A DNA stretch of 64,000 bases, taken from contig CALMZQ010000221.1 of the NCBI GenBank assembly GCA_937870915.1, forward strand, positions 999-64,998, given 5' to 3'. The notes beneath the pieces are model-generated. The model was not told the DNA's origin and did no database searches. It saw only the letters and a program-made list of their open reading frames with translations. Shown in pieces: positions 22,801 to 31,818 of the stretch (its first letter is position 1; each line of letters opens with the position of its first letter). The translations under genes were made by a program, and so were the position numbers. Source of the stretch: an uncultured Ignavibacteria bacterium. GTDB taxonomy: Bacteria; Bacteroidota; Ignavibacteria; Kapaibacteriales; Kapaibacteriaceae.

Positions 22801-23653
22801 TTTCCCGGACATGCCGTTCGGGTTGTTTAACGACAATGTTGAGAATGTGATCACGATTTATAATGAGCGCAAGGCCGTGATCGAGGCAGACCCAGATACC
22901 GTTGGACGGAACGCTAGACTTCTCGAGGCTCTTGCTACATCGTTCCGAGAAGGGTTTGAATCCTTGGATTTCATCTCTGGAGAGATAGGGCGGATACTTC
23001 CAGCTATCAACTGGACATTGAGGTGGGACGGCATCGAAAAGATTGCACCATTCCGAGGGATCGCACAACGGATCTTCCTTGAACATGCCTATCAATCCAT
23101 GTACACCGAGAATGCTCGTATCAATGACAATGGCCGTGTTATTGAAGTCCAGCAGATCAAATCCGGCTTTACACCACTCATAGGACTTAATCTCTCATTT
23201 GACGAGCGCAAGCTCAATGGACTCCTCACTGCAACCGGTCGATACAGCGTAACAACAACGCACGGTCTGAACGCTTCGGCTCGAAGCGTGATCTCACGTG
23301 AAACATCCCATGAGATTCAGATCCAAGCCTCATATCTCAGAAGGGGCGTGTCCTTGAAGATCTTGGGACTCGATCTCCAGAATGACATGGAGTTTACCTT
23401 TAACACGCAGATTCGACGGAATCTCCGCTCACAATATGACGTGACGGACTTCAAGGGGGCTGATGGTTCCCTCGTAGACGGTACCACACAGATCATCATT
23501 GAGCCCCGTGCCCGATATACCATCAGCAACAGAGTAACCGCTTCTGCCTTCTTCAGATACGAAGGAAATTTCAGCGAAGGTGCTGCAAATCCGGGCTTTA
23601 GTACAACTCAGGTTGGACTTGATATCCGTCTGTCCATCTCTGGTGGCCGATAG
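16844..23653 (+). CDS. sprA: Type IX secretion translocon SprA/Sov
   Basis: 2269 aa; QNIQVNVSGRIGDK, GYEGYDDDIIKRVEFGNV, L.EGVDYTVDY..G, YVDDFES, WVDELRV motifs; beta-barrel C-terminus. Confidence 0.92.
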   Translation: MFEGSKRTSLTALVLVTCLCMVAFSTSVFATSRPNAVGEPLHMACVQAASWTISAYILPLLQDTTKPPVVIDRYDSGDPNNTDLPRYYPTTTIKRYGTSPAQRRDRTIPIPKGYSSFGYVDSLLGSVTLREMLDGVDVGTMVPITMEGYLEQQREAMARKLRDSSLLAYEMKKPMSSAELTKLIDQATNITIPLPQNAIFGIFGKPEVSINVNGEVNVQAGWRWDTQRLGTASVLGQTQSAPIFNQNIQVNVSGRIGDKFRMNVDWNTLNQFEFNNRFKVGYEGYDDDIIKRVEFGNVNLETQSTLIGGGQTLFGVRADFQFGPLYLKTIASQRRGERKVINARGGSARQMFTVRAYDYTRNHFFLDTAYLPIWRAYFRSTTPVIPPEGAPLVVKEIEVWESTTDLREVQANEAIAIADLAPIRALQGETYPVSVKSQEIKAGTIERGRFTRLDNKRYEIDYNLGTLTILNLRTDRFYAVGYRTEGPTTDNRDDFYHGTLTNTVNEKDTLILKLIARPQMQPGFKLLWKRLMKNIYNIGVANVNPQDAKIGMWYYRSTNDSTDVLEGAPDKIPTIFRIDQVNNGTGAAPPDGVFDARPPVFNSQRGEVTFPSLEPFREGIREYFASKGNAQLAEQYVFNEVYDTTDAAARLVTAKDRFLLVGEAAGTATGNRIPLAYQLAPGSVRVTLDGAPLREGVDYTVDYYTGTMSLLNARASLPNANLNIEYEQNDIFNLTTRTLLGMRADMVLFNKRRMNGSIGMTMMNYDQAAIVDRVMPGQEPNSNFMMGFDAKFNAELPWLTRALDALPGLDTKEKSTWTFTGEWAMVSPTPNKRTSTVASDAGKAVAYVDDFESARRYLSFGLTPTVWQHSSPSKDETLWDHDTNAVKFKGKTFWYQKFVPDVPQADVYPNRARAQGRNNINPIRLVFEPRERGIYNPNPEFLDPKNPRWNDADSLAVRAFTQSYIEQNRPKIWGGMLRLLSPFNTNFDNDNIDYIEIMMKIDAYEQGSRMFIDLGQISEDIIPNQRLNTEDNPPANNLIDVGEDRGIDTLANDREKVVYPDPLNRESDPARDDYSFDFNADRQNQNESQFVQYNNFEGNSTQSELGQFPDTEILNKNNGQTISLDNSYFRYEVQLNPNPSTNPQIVGGNPAAGWYLFRIPVRRPDTVVGNPLFTNIQYARVHFQGGTVKVSIADWGVVGSYWLRNHQFQPNVSSNDSVLQVAYVNREENQSAPDFYTMPPGVQPPQQLQNPDPYQQLYLNEQSLVIKARNLRYGEERFAARIFRPWDLFYYKEVAFFIYGDNTMPSSVTEGSTPPAYAFVRYGVDSANYYEYRRPLLRGWQDLRIKISDLTAIKERRDQSRTNDRQEFSVPGDPQGTFAIKGNPIMTRVTFFGFGIANPAERYPNELSTTMWVDELRVVDPTNDNDWAGLASTTLKLADVGDITASINHTTPNYHRLEDRFGNRLQATAWNATVQLGLEKFLPKELKETRIPVTYTHTELAETPKYQAQNDVELDAAAAAAAQDTLDKGGTAEAAAQASDNVKTRSQRVRVQDQWALTGLRLGIPTKAWYVDDTFNKLTFNFAYAQEFERSQVVQQRFDWRWRLRIDYAVTLPAKYDVSPLKFLAEVWGLKAYKDMKINFLPQTITANLGMTRARTTEQSRFLLQPSPIIREFVAEKTFGFNWRVVENGFLSPVIDYKVISSSTMVPLELDENGRQRTGSQIADQMFFNNGQLFNFGPDNNFGQTITLSFRPKFPDIFGLNRLLETTGSYNVVYGIFDPLQPDPAQRDVVRTARYTSNFRLSPVFRWRQFGAEIFGPSTKGSGNIGTILQDIFFGFENFTFTFNQTNTALNNGVLGGSGITNLWARSLTFRDNDPMWGPSTPYQLGLISNPHGSLNLTGSSAFPFFKFETTEGVRPSNAVMVDDYTQRSTFQFQTNRPLWPGATLDLNMRTDVGYSRNQRVVTDAAGIPTFTNINKRQTLERSFISFPDMPFGLFNDNVENVITIYNERKAVIEADPDTVGRNARLLEALATSFREGFESLDFISGEIGRILPAINWTLRWDGIEKIAPFRGIAQRIFLEHAYQSMYTENARINDNGRVIEVQQIKSGFTPLIGLNLSFDERKLNGLLTATGRYSVTTTHGLNASARSVISRETSHEIQIQASYLRRGVSLKILGLDLQNDMEFTFNTQIRRNLRSQYDVTDFKGADGSLVDGTTQIIIEPRARYTISNRVTASAFFRYEGNFSEGAANPGFSTTQVGLDIRLSISGGR

Positions 23654-23781
23654 CGTGGAACGCCCATGAAACATAGGTTTCCCGGAGACGAGGTGGGTTC
23701 GTACCTTTGTAACCCCGACTCGAGAACTTCGAGCGGAAACATCACCACTCACGTAGCAGCGTCGAGGGAGTCCGAATAGAC

Positions 23782-24570
23782 ATGGGTAAGATCATCGCGG
23801 TCGCCAATCAAAAAGGCGGAGTAGGGAAGACAACAACGGCCGTTAACCTAGCGGCCTCATTGGCTGCTGCAGAGCAAAAGACACTCCTTGTAGACATAGA
23901 CCCTCAGGCAAACGCATCACACGGTTACGGCGTAGAGACAGCTCAACTCGATCGAACCATTTACGAAGTGCTTGTGAATGGACTCTCGATCAACAGCGTT
24001 GTTGTGAAAACACAAATGCCGTTTCTCGATCTCGTTCCATCGCACATCAACCTCGTAGGCGCAGAGATCGAATTGGTTGAAGTGCCTCATCGAGAGCACC
24101 TGCTCAAAAAGGTGTTGGATACGATCAAGGATCAGTATGACTTCATCGTTATCGACTGTCCACCGTCACTCGGACTTCTTACGTTGAATTCGCTCACAGC
24201 CGCGGACTCTGTACTCGTTCCGGTGCAATGTGAGTTCTATGCACTTGAAGGTCTCGGACAGCTTCTCAACACGATTTCGATCGTGCGCCGTACAACAAAT
24301 CCGCAACTTGAAATCGAAGGCGTCTTGCTGACGATGTATGACTCGCGTCTACGCCTCTCCAATCAAGTGGTTGACGAAGTTCGCAGGCACTTTGAAGACA
24401 AGGCATGTAGAACGGTTATTTCCCGCAACGTCAGACTCTCAGAGGCTCCAAGCCACGGAAAGCCGGCTTTGCTCTACGATGCATCGAGTATCGGTGCACA
24501 GAACTATCTCGAGCTCGCAACGGAGATCCTCACAAAAAATGGTGTGATCCCCGGGGCCGTGGCAGAATAA
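23782..24570 (+). CDS. parA: Chromosome partitioning ATPase ParA/Soj
   Basis: [42 protein letters not shown]. Confidence 0.96.
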   Translation: MGKIIAVANQKGGVGKTTTAVNLAASLAAAEQKTLLVDIDPQANASHGYGVETAQLDRTIYEVLVNGLSINSVVVKTQMPFLDLVPSHINLVGAEIELVEVPHREHLLKKVLDTIKDQYDFIVIDCPPSLGLLTLNSLTAADSVLVPVQCEFYALEGLGQLLNTISIVRRTTNPQLEIEGVLLTMYDSRLRLSNQVVDEVRRHFEDKACRTVISRNVRLSEAPSHGKPALLYDASSIGAQNYLELATEILTKNGVIPGAVAE

Positions 24571-24585
24571 CAAAAGGACCACAGC

Positions 24586-25554
24586 GTGAAGCAAGGGTTA
24601 GGACTAGGTAAGGGCATCGGAGCACTCATTCCCAAAGAGCTTCTCAGAGCCGAATCAACAGCACAACAGCCCCTTTCCGACACTTCGGAAGAGGTCCTTG
24701 GCGTTGCACTGATCGATATCGAGAGGATCAGCACGAATCCCGTGCAGCCCCGTCACCATTTTGATGAGGGGGCTCTCCAGGAACTCGCTCAATCTATCGC
24801 CGTTCATGGCGTGATAACACCCATCACCGTACGACCACACTTTGACGGATACGAGCTCATCAGCGGAGAACGTCGTTTGCGTGCCTCTAAGATGGCAGGA
24901 CTTACGTCCATACCTGCCTACGTGATGAATGTAGGTTCAGATGGACAAATGTTGGAGATCGCCCTCGTAGAAAACCTCCAACGCGAAGACCTTAATCCGC
25001 TAGAGGTTGCACTTGGCTATCAACGTTTGATTGAAGAATGTAACCTGCGCCAAGATGATGTAGCCGTGAAGGTCGGAAAGGATCGGAGTACTGTTGCTAA
25101 CTTCCTTCGACTCCTCAAGCTCCCGCCCGACGCTCAGTCTGCCCTTCGAACGCGGCGGATCACAATGGGGCATGCACGAGCGCTCCTCGCACTGTCCTCC
25201 GATCACTTGCAACTCGTGGTCCTACGTGAGATTATAAAGCGAGAACTCTCTGTCAGGAAAACCGAGGCCCTCGTAAAGGATCTCGAACTCGGCCGGAAGG
25301 AACTGATCAAAGGCGGGGAGATTAAGTCCACGGCAACGCCGAACAGTGGCGTACGTTCAATCGACAAGAACGGTCCATCCAATTCAGTATCTGAGATCGA
25401 AAACTCCCTCCGTCACCTCTTCGCCACCCAGGTCCGGGTTCGCATGAAGGCCGATGATTCTGGCTCGGTAGAGATTGAATTTTACTCTCTTGAGGAACTC
25501 GAGCGATTGCTCGAGTTGATGCTGTCCATGAATGATCAGGGCAATTCCAGATGA
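24586..25554 (+). CDS. parB: Chromosome partitioning protein ParB/Spo0J
   Basis: GLGKGIGALI, NPVQPR, SGERRLRA, ENLQREDL, KDRSTVANFLRLL HTH. Confidence 0.96.
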   Translation: MKQGLGLGKGIGALIPKELLRAESTAQQPLSDTSEEVLGVALIDIERISTNPVQPRHHFDEGALQELAQSIAVHGVITPITVRPHFDGYELISGERRLRASKMAGLTSIPAYVMNVGSDGQMLEIALVENLQREDLNPLEVALGYQRLIEECNLRQDDVAVKVGKDRSTVANFLRLLKLPPDAQSALRTRRITMGHARALLALSSDHLQLVVLREIIKRELSVRKTEALVKDLELGRKELIKGGEIKSTATPNSGVRSIDKNGPSNSVSEIENSLRHLFATQVRVRMKADDSGSVEIEFYSLEELERLLELMLSMNDQGNSR

Positions 25555-25976
25555 CTGCCACCATCGTACATCATACCGACTACCGTGTGCGTTACAGTGA
25601 CACGGACAAGATGGGTGTGGTGTATTATGGAAATTACATGAGGCTCTTTGAGATCGGGAGGACAGAATTGCTTCGTTCAGCCGGTCTGCCATACGCAGAG
25701 CTCGAAGCAGATGGCTACCTTATGCCGGTTCTAGAAGCACATGCTCAGTATATGCTGCCGGCACGATACGATGATATAGTGACGATCGAGACCAGGTATA
25801 CCATGGAGCACTCTCCGGTGTTGATGCTACAATATGAACTTCGCAGGGGAGTGGACACACTCGCCAGCGGCTGGACACGTCACAGTTTTGTATCGGCCAC
25901 CGAGTTCAAACCCGTGCGGCCGCCGCGACGTTTTTTCGATGCTATGGCATCGTATAACCAATCTCCCGGCGCATGA
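25551..25976 (+). CDS. Acyl-CoA thioesterase, YbgC/FadM family
   Basis: RVRYSDTDKMGVVYYGNY..FEIGR hot-dog motif. Confidence 0.9.
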   Translation: MTATIVHHTDYRVRYSDTDKMGVVYYGNYMRLFEIGRTELLRSAGLPYAELEADGYLMPVLEAHAQYMLPARYDDIVTIETRYTMEHSPVLMLQYELRRGVDTLASGWTRHSFVSATEFKPVRPPRRFFDAMASYNQSPGA

Positions 25977-26920
25977 AGTTCAAACGTATCATCCTCGTAT
26001 TCGCCATCGTGTTCACACCTGTATTTGTGTACGCGCAAGAGGCCACGATCTTCCCCTTCCTACGTGGTATGATGAGCGCTCGTATGGCCGGGCTAGGGGG
26101 CTCAACAGTCGCTATGCCGAATGATCCGCACAACGTTGTGCTCAACCCCGCGGTTTTGCCAACACTAGAACAACGGAGAGTTGCCGGTACATTCATCAAA
26201 CATGTTCTCGACATCAACGCCGGGTATGCCACGTATAATCAAGAATTGGAAGATCTCGGCACATTTGCCGTTACTGCGTCATTCACGAGTTATGGATCAT
26301 TCGATCGTGCCGACCAACTCGGGACTGTATCTGGAACCTTTGGTGCCAGTGACGTTGTTTTCGGTGTGTCGTTCGCACGCGAACTTGATACTCTCATCAC
26401 GTACGGAGTAACAGCTAAGGTCTTGCATTCTTCGCTCGATGATATGGCCTCTACGGCTCTGGCGCTAGATGCCGGACTCCTTTTTCGTTTCCCGGCCCAG
26501 CGAACGAACTTGGGAGTAAGCATCCTCAATGTTGGCGGTCAACTGTCAACGTATGATGGAACACACGATGTTCTGCCCCTTGACATGAGGCTTGGAGTGA
26601 ACCACCGTCTACGCGGACTTCCATTATTGGTGAATCTCTCCTTGAATCACCTCACAGACGATGTAGCGTCATTCTTCGATAGATTCTTGAACTTCTCCAT
26701 TGGTGGAGAATTGTATCTCGGTAAGGTTGTCCAAGTTCGCGTTGGCTATGACAATTCAACACGAAACACAAGTGGTGTGAACGTGGCAACTCAGCTCACT
26801 GGACTGAGCGCCGGTATTGGACTCGACCTTCCAGCTCTTGACTTTGATTACGCATTGAGCTCATTAGGCGCATCTGCATTACTACATCGCGTAAGTGTGG
26901 CCGTGAGGATAGACGGATAA
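25973..26920 (+). CDS. PorQ/PorV family T9SS-associated outer-membrane beta-barrel
   Basis: Signal peptide VYA-Q, FL....SAR.AGLGG, NPA.L, terminal H.VS..; near sprA. Confidence 0.75.
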   Translation: MKFKRIILVFAIVFTPVFVYAQEATIFPFLRGMMSARMAGLGGSTVAMPNDPHNVVLNPAVLPTLEQRRVAGTFIKHVLDINAGYATYNQELEDLGTFAVTASFTSYGSFDRADQLGTVSGTFGASDVVFGVSFARELDTLITYGVTAKVLHSSLDDMASTALALDAGLLFRFPAQRTNLGVSILNVGGQLSTYDGTHDVLPLDMRLGVNHRLRGLPLLVNLSLNHLTDDVASFFDRFLNFSIGGELYLGKVVQVRVGYDNSTRNTSGVNVATQLTGLSAGIGLDLPALDFDYALSSLGASALLHRVSVAVRIDG

Positions 26921-28863
26921 TGCTACAGCCCATCCACATACAGAACGTTGAACTGCTCAAAGAAGCAGAGGGACTTGTTCGCAGAGATCCACAGCTTGCC
27001 ATCGAGATGCTGCAGCCGATACTCGTTGACGAGAACTGCATTGAAAGTGATCGCGTTCGCGCCTTACTCCTCATAGCACGCGCCTGTCTGTTTATTGGAA
27101 GAGTAGCAGAAGGGGAAGGGTTCGCACGGCAAGCGCTTGAGATATCTCGTCAGAACGGACTGCGCCGATATGAAGGGCTATCTCAAAACGAGATTGGGAT
27201 ATACCGTTTTATAGCAGCCGATTATGAAGGCGCTCTAGGACACTATGCCGTTGCTGAGCAGTTGCTAAAGGAAAATGGGACTGAGCTAGATCTTAGCAAG
27301 GTCTATCTCAACATGGGTAACGTGTATAACAGGTCCAATGATGAGATCCTCGCCATCGAAATGTATGAGAGGGTGCTGGTGATCGTTGAACGTACGGGGG
27401 ATACGCTTACAGAAGCAAAGGTCTCAACGAACCTCTCCGGGATGTATGGAACCGTGCTTTATGACAACGAGACTGCGATACGTTATTCTCGTCGTGCCAT
27501 AGAGCTCTATGAAAAGCTTGATGATCTGATTGGACTTGGCAAGGCCTATGTGAACCTTGCCGGTCAATTGCGTGAAGTAGGTCGTGAGAAAGAGGCTGTT
27601 GAGTATTATTTGAAATCGAAAGAGCTCAGGAGATTTAATGTTGAGCCAACCGACTTCTTCTCGATGTATCGTGGGCTCATTACATCGACGATTCAATTAG
27701 GTGATATCAAAAAGGCTCGAGAACTGTTTGAAGAGGCATGCGAGCATCCGTATTCCAAGGAAGAGCTGCCAGGAATAGCGTTTCTCAAACAAGTAGAAGC
27801 CTCCCTACTTGTATGTGAAGGGAGGCACGAGGAGGCACTCGAAGCTATCGACAGCCTAATCAGTTGGATCGATGAGCACCAGGCAGAGGAGATGCGCGGC
27901 GATATGTTGTGGCTGAAGACGGCCAGTCTGCGCGGCGTTGGAAGGACGGACGAAGCCTTTGATACACTAGAGGCACTCCTGAATGACATTTCTCGAAATA
28001 CGAGACGCAGAGCTGAACACAGACTAGTACAGGTGCGTGCACATTACGACCTTGTGCAAGCTCGTAATCATGCTGAGATGGAGCGCTTACGAAATGTTGA
28101 ACTTGCAGCGGCTCTCGAGGACGCAACCAGATTACAACGTCAGAACGAAGAGTACCTGGCCTTTATGGCCCATGAGCTGAAGAGCCCCCTCACAACAATT
28201 CGATCCATCGCCAACATGCTTAAATCAGAAGCCCATGTAAGCGATGCAGATAGAGTGACGTACAGCCTTGAAGTGTTTGATATTTCTACACGTATGTTCG
28301 ACCTCATCAATCAGGTCTTAGAACGTGGTCGGGAGGTTGTTCAGAAGACTGCAAGCAAGGTAGATGTGGCAACTATTTGGGGACACGTGCTGGGGATGTG
28401 GAGACACAGAGTAGCCGAGAAGCAGATCCATCTTGACACTACCTTGATCGAAGGCCCTGTCTATGTCTCCGGCGCTGAAGGTAGTATGGTCTCCATCCTA
28501 GACAACTTGATCTCTAACGCTGTGAAGTTTTCCCATGTTGGTTCACATATCGAAGTAGCCACACGTGGAATTCCGAGTACCTCCGATCCAACAAGCGTTT
28601 TACTCTCTGTTCGTGATCAGGGACCTGGACTCACGGCATTAGATCTGTCGAAACTCTTCACTCCCTTTGGTAGACTGTCTGCTAAGCCCACATCCGGTGA
28701 AGATTCAACCGGACTAGGATTACTTATTGTAAAGAGGGAAGCTGAAGCACTTGGTGGACGAGTATGGTGCGAGAGCATCGCTGACCAGGGTGCAACGTTT
28801 TTTGTTGAGCTTCCGCTAGCGTCAACTTCGGAATATGCAGTAGATGTGAAACGCACGTCATGA
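26920..28863 (+). CDS. TPR-repeat sensor histidine kinase (soluble)
   Basis: TPR-like helices (Y.NMGNVY, Y..ALGHY), AHELKSPL H-box, NLISNAVKFS, DQGPG, STGLGL, GATF. Confidence 0.9.
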   Translation: MLQPIHIQNVELLKEAEGLVRRDPQLAIEMLQPILVDENCIESDRVRALLLIARACLFIGRVAEGEGFARQALEISRQNGLRRYEGLSQNEIGIYRFIAADYEGALGHYAVAEQLLKENGTELDLSKVYLNMGNVYNRSNDEILAIEMYERVLVIVERTGDTLTEAKVSTNLSGMYGTVLYDNETAIRYSRRAIELYEKLDDLIGLGKAYVNLAGQLREVGREKEAVEYYLKSKELRRFNVEPTDFFSMYRGLITSTIQLGDIKKARELFEEACEHPYSKEELPGIAFLKQVEASLLVCEGRHEEALEAIDSLISWIDEHQAEEMRGDMLWLKTASLRGVGRTDEAFDTLEALLNDISRNTRRRAEHRLVQVRAHYDLVQARNHAEMERLRNVELAAALEDATRLQRQNEEYLAFMAHELKSPLTTIRSIANMLKSEAHVSDADRVTYSLEVFDISTRMFDLINQVLERGREVVQKTASKVDVATIWGHVLGMWRHRVAEKQIHLDTTLIEGPVYVSGAEGSMVSILDNLISNAVKFSHVGSHIEVATRGIPSTSDPTSVLLSVRDQGPGLTALDLSKLFTPFGRLSAKPTSGEDSTGLGLLIVKREAEALGGRVWCESIADQGATFFVELPLASTSEYAVDVKRTS

Positions 28864-29588
28864 TGACGTATCGAGGTTTTCACCTTCGTTGGACCATCCC
28901 ATTGTCGATCGTCTGCCTGATCGTCTGGCTGGCCTCTGGGTCTCCAATTCAGTCGCTCGTGACGATCTTTGGCCTTTGTGTTGTGGTAGTGGCCTTTACC
29001 TTTCCATGGGACAACTGGGCCGTGTCAAAGGGCATCTGGGACTTTCCGTCGGACCGTGTCCTCTTTAGAATCCGTCACCTTCCGATTGAAGAGATTTTCT
29101 TCTTCGTTGTGCAAACGATCCACGTTGGTTTACTGACTGCTGCATTGTCCGCACATTTTCCGGTTGAAGCTGCTGATGAAGCCGATCTCGGTCTAGCGTC
29201 ACTGATTGTTCTGGGAGTCATTGGCACGGTTTGGATCAGTCTGTGGTTCATCACGCGGCGATGGCGTCAGTCGCATACCTCAGCAATGTATGCATGGCAT
29301 CTGCTCTATTGGTTTCTTCCCATTATTGCCATGCAGTGGACGTTTGGGTGGCCAATTCTTGCTCCGCGGATAGTAACGATGCTTGCAGCATCTTTATCCG
29401 TTGGTACCGTTCTTGTATTCTCGGATCTGTGGGCTGTGCGCAAAGGGATATGGTATTTTGACGAGAGAATGATCACAGGTCATAAAGCCTTTAGGGTGTT
29501 ACCGTGGGAAGAAATTGCATTCTTCTACATCACCAGCATCCTCGTTTCCCAGAGTACATTGTTGTTATTGTCTTCGTCAGCTCGATGA
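28860..29588 (+). CDS. Lycopene cyclase domain protein (two CrtYc/d-type repeats)
   Basis: Two repeats: PWDNWAV.KGIWDF...LPIEEIFFF and DLWAV.KGIWYF...LPWEEIAFF. Confidence 0.85.
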   Translation: MMTYRGFHLRWTIPLSIVCLIVWLASGSPIQSLVTIFGLCVVVVAFTFPWDNWAVSKGIWDFPSDRVLFRIRHLPIEEIFFFVVQTIHVGLLTAALSAHFPVEAADEADLGLASLIVLGVIGTVWISLWFITRRWRQSHTSAMYAWHLLYWFLPIIAMQWTFGWPILAPRIVTMLAASLSVGTVLVFSDLWAVRKGIWYFDERMITGHKAFRVLPWEEIAFFYITSILVSQSTLLLLSSSAR

Positions 29589-29638
29589 TGTTTGACGGAG
29601 AAGTTCTTCATTTCTGATGCAGTAGGTGATATCACTTC

Positions 29639-31816
29639 ATGGAGCATTTCCGATTCGATCTTGCAGCCGGTCCTTGGTGGATGTACATGCTTCTGGTGTT
29701 GGCAGCCATCACACTCGCGGCTATTACCTATTCACGAACAAATCCGCCCCTTTCAACACCATGGCGGATGATGTTCGTTTCTTTGCGTACGGTAGGATTA
29801 GCGTGTTTGCTGCTACTGCTATTTGAGCCACTCATTCGTTTGGTTCGAAGTGAAACGACTACTCCGCGTGTGGCTATAGCATTGGACGTCTCAAGGTCCA
29901 TGACCATTACGGACCTTTCCGGCGATCGGGCCGGCTTGGCAAGGAACATCGTCCAGACTCTACGGGACGGATTTGGTGATGATGCCGAGCTCTTCTTTTT
30001 TGATGAAGGACTGCGAGAAGCAGGAGATGCTCCATCGGATTCGATTCGTTTTACGGGGTTCAGAACCAATATCGCACATGCGATCTCCGGAATCTCAAAC
30101 CGATCGCTCGATGCAGCATCGTACGGTGCCGTGATCCTCGTATCAGATGGAAACCATAACGCAGAAGATGTGCCTGTGCACGTTGCCGAGCGTTCCGGTA
30201 TGGGAGTGTATTCCATTGGAATCGGAGACACGGTTCCACCAAAGGACATTCATGCCGCAAGTATTCTCGTGAATGGTATTGCTGTAGTTGGCGAGCCCCT
30301 TCCCGTTACTGTTGAGATCTTGCAAACAAACATGGAAGATCAGGATGTTGACGTAATCTTTGAGGACAACTCCAAGGAAGTGGGCCGAGAGCGAATTTCA
30401 CTCCGTAGGGGAATAGGGAAGCAGTCTATCACGTTCGTTTGGACCCCTTCAGCAGATGGTATTCGTAAGGTGAGTGCACGAGTTGCACCGGTGCAAGGTG
30501 AATTCACACAGCGCAATAACCTTGTGCAGGACTTCGTTTCTGTCCGCAAAGACAAACGTCGTGTGGTGATCATTGCCGGATCTCCTAGCCCGGATGTGAC
30601 GTTCATAAAGACGGCACTCGCTCACGATCCGTCGGTTACCATTCAAACATTCGTCCAGAAACAGGGTGCTGAGTTTTATGAAGGGGCTTTGCCCGCCAAT
30701 GCATTGGATGACGTAGAAGCAGTTGTACTTATCGGTTATCCAACGCAGTCGTCATCGCGTGACGTTATTGAGCGTATTGCCTCGGCATGCGCTAAGGGTC
30801 GGTCCTTGATGTTCATTCCTTCACTTCAAACAGACTACACCAAACTGGGTCCATTTGAAAAGATCCTTCCATTCCGCGTAGGAGGATCACGACCACAGGA
30901 ATTCCTCGTAACGCCGGACGTATCTCGGGGTGCCTCAGCTGATCCGATCATTAAACTGAGCGGAACTGAGTCTGACATGGCAGTATGGAACAATCTGCCA
31001 CCAATCTATAGAACAGAAACGTTTGTAGAACCAGCGCCTGGGGCCGTTACCCTGGCAACAATTCGTGTAGGGAATGCACCGTTGGACGAGCCCCTTCTCA
31101 TGAAGAGGGAGGATGGAAACATCCGATCTTTGGCATTATTAGGATATGGCATCTACCGGTGGAAGCTTATGGGAGACGGACCTTCGGCATCCCGTGGAGG
31201 AGCAGTAACCGACGTCTTGCAGACCTTTATGGGGAATTCACTCAAATGGCTTAGCGTGCGTGACGATGCGAAGCGAATTCGCATCCGAAGCACGCATCCA
31301 TTTTATGCCGCAGGAGAGCACGTTGGGTTTAATGCCTCGGTCCAGGACCAGACGTTTGCTCCTGTAGATGATGCTGAGGTGAGGGTTGTTGTAGAAGGGG
31401 CTTCCGGCCGCCGAGATGTGATCCTCACCGGACAAGGCAATGGTCGCTACGGATTTGATATCGGTTCGTTGGCCCCTGGCGACTATTCCTATAACGGTGT
31501 TGTAACGAGTAGGGGTATTCAGATCGGAGTAGATAAGGGGCGATTCACCGTGGGTGATCTTGGGATTGAAGAAAGCGCTTCAACGCGTAATATCTCACTC
31601 CTGCAAACACTTGCGCTTCGAACGGGTGCTATGGCCGTATCCGCCCCAAGTATCAACGAGTTGATCGCTGCGGTTAAGGCTGACCCACGGCTTCGTCCGG
31701 TAGCCAGAACACATGAACGCGAATTCCCACTCTACCACCTGCCGTGGTTGATCATGGCAGGTATAGGGGCCTTTGCATTAGAATGGTTCTTGCGTAAGCG
31801 CAGGGGGCTTGTGTAA
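29639..31816 (+). CDS. Membrane-anchored vWA-domain protein
   Basis: N-terminal TMs, LDVSRSM MIDAS, LVSDG, C-terminal TM ending EWFLRKRRGLV. Confidence 0.8.
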   Translation: MEHFRFDLAAGPWWMYMLLVLAAITLAAITYSRTNPPLSTPWRMMFVSLRTVGLACLLLLLFEPLIRLVRSETTTPRVAIALDVSRSMTITDLSGDRAGLARNIVQTLRDGFGDDAELFFFDEGLREAGDAPSDSIRFTGFRTNIAHAISGISNRSLDAASYGAVILVSDGNHNAEDVPVHVAERSGMGVYSIGIGDTVPPKDIHAASILVNGIAVVGEPLPVTVEILQTNMEDQDVDVIFEDNSKEVGRERISLRRGIGKQSITFVWTPSADGIRKVSARVAPVQGEFTQRNNLVQDFVSVRKDKRRVVIIAGSPSPDVTFIKTALAHDPSVTIQTFVQKQGAEFYEGALPANALDDVEAVVLIGYPTQSSSRDVIERIASACAKGRSLMFIPSLQTDYTKLGPFEKILPFRVGGSRPQEFLVTPDVSRGASADPIIKLSGTESDMAVWNNLPPIYRTETFVEPAPGAVTLATIRVGNAPLDEPLLMKREDGNIRSLALLGYGIYRWKLMGDGPSASRGGAVTDVLQTFMGNSLKWLSVRDDAKRIRIRSTHPFYAAGEHVGFNASVQDQTFAPVDDAEVRVVVEGASGRRDVILTGQGNGRYGFDIGSLAPGDYSYNGVVTSRGIQIGVDKGRFTVGDLGIEESASTRNISLLQTLALRTGAMAVSAPSINELIAAVKADPRLRPVARTHEREFPLYHLPWLIMAGIGAFALEWFLRKRRGLV

Positions 31817-31818
31817 AC

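Noticed and set aside
23290-23305. parS-like GATCTCACGTGAAACA ~480 bp upstream of parA
   Set aside because: Three mismatches to TGTTTCACGTGAAACA and inside the sprA coding sequence; a similarly degenerate match occurs within dnaE2 (~39565), so chance is plausible
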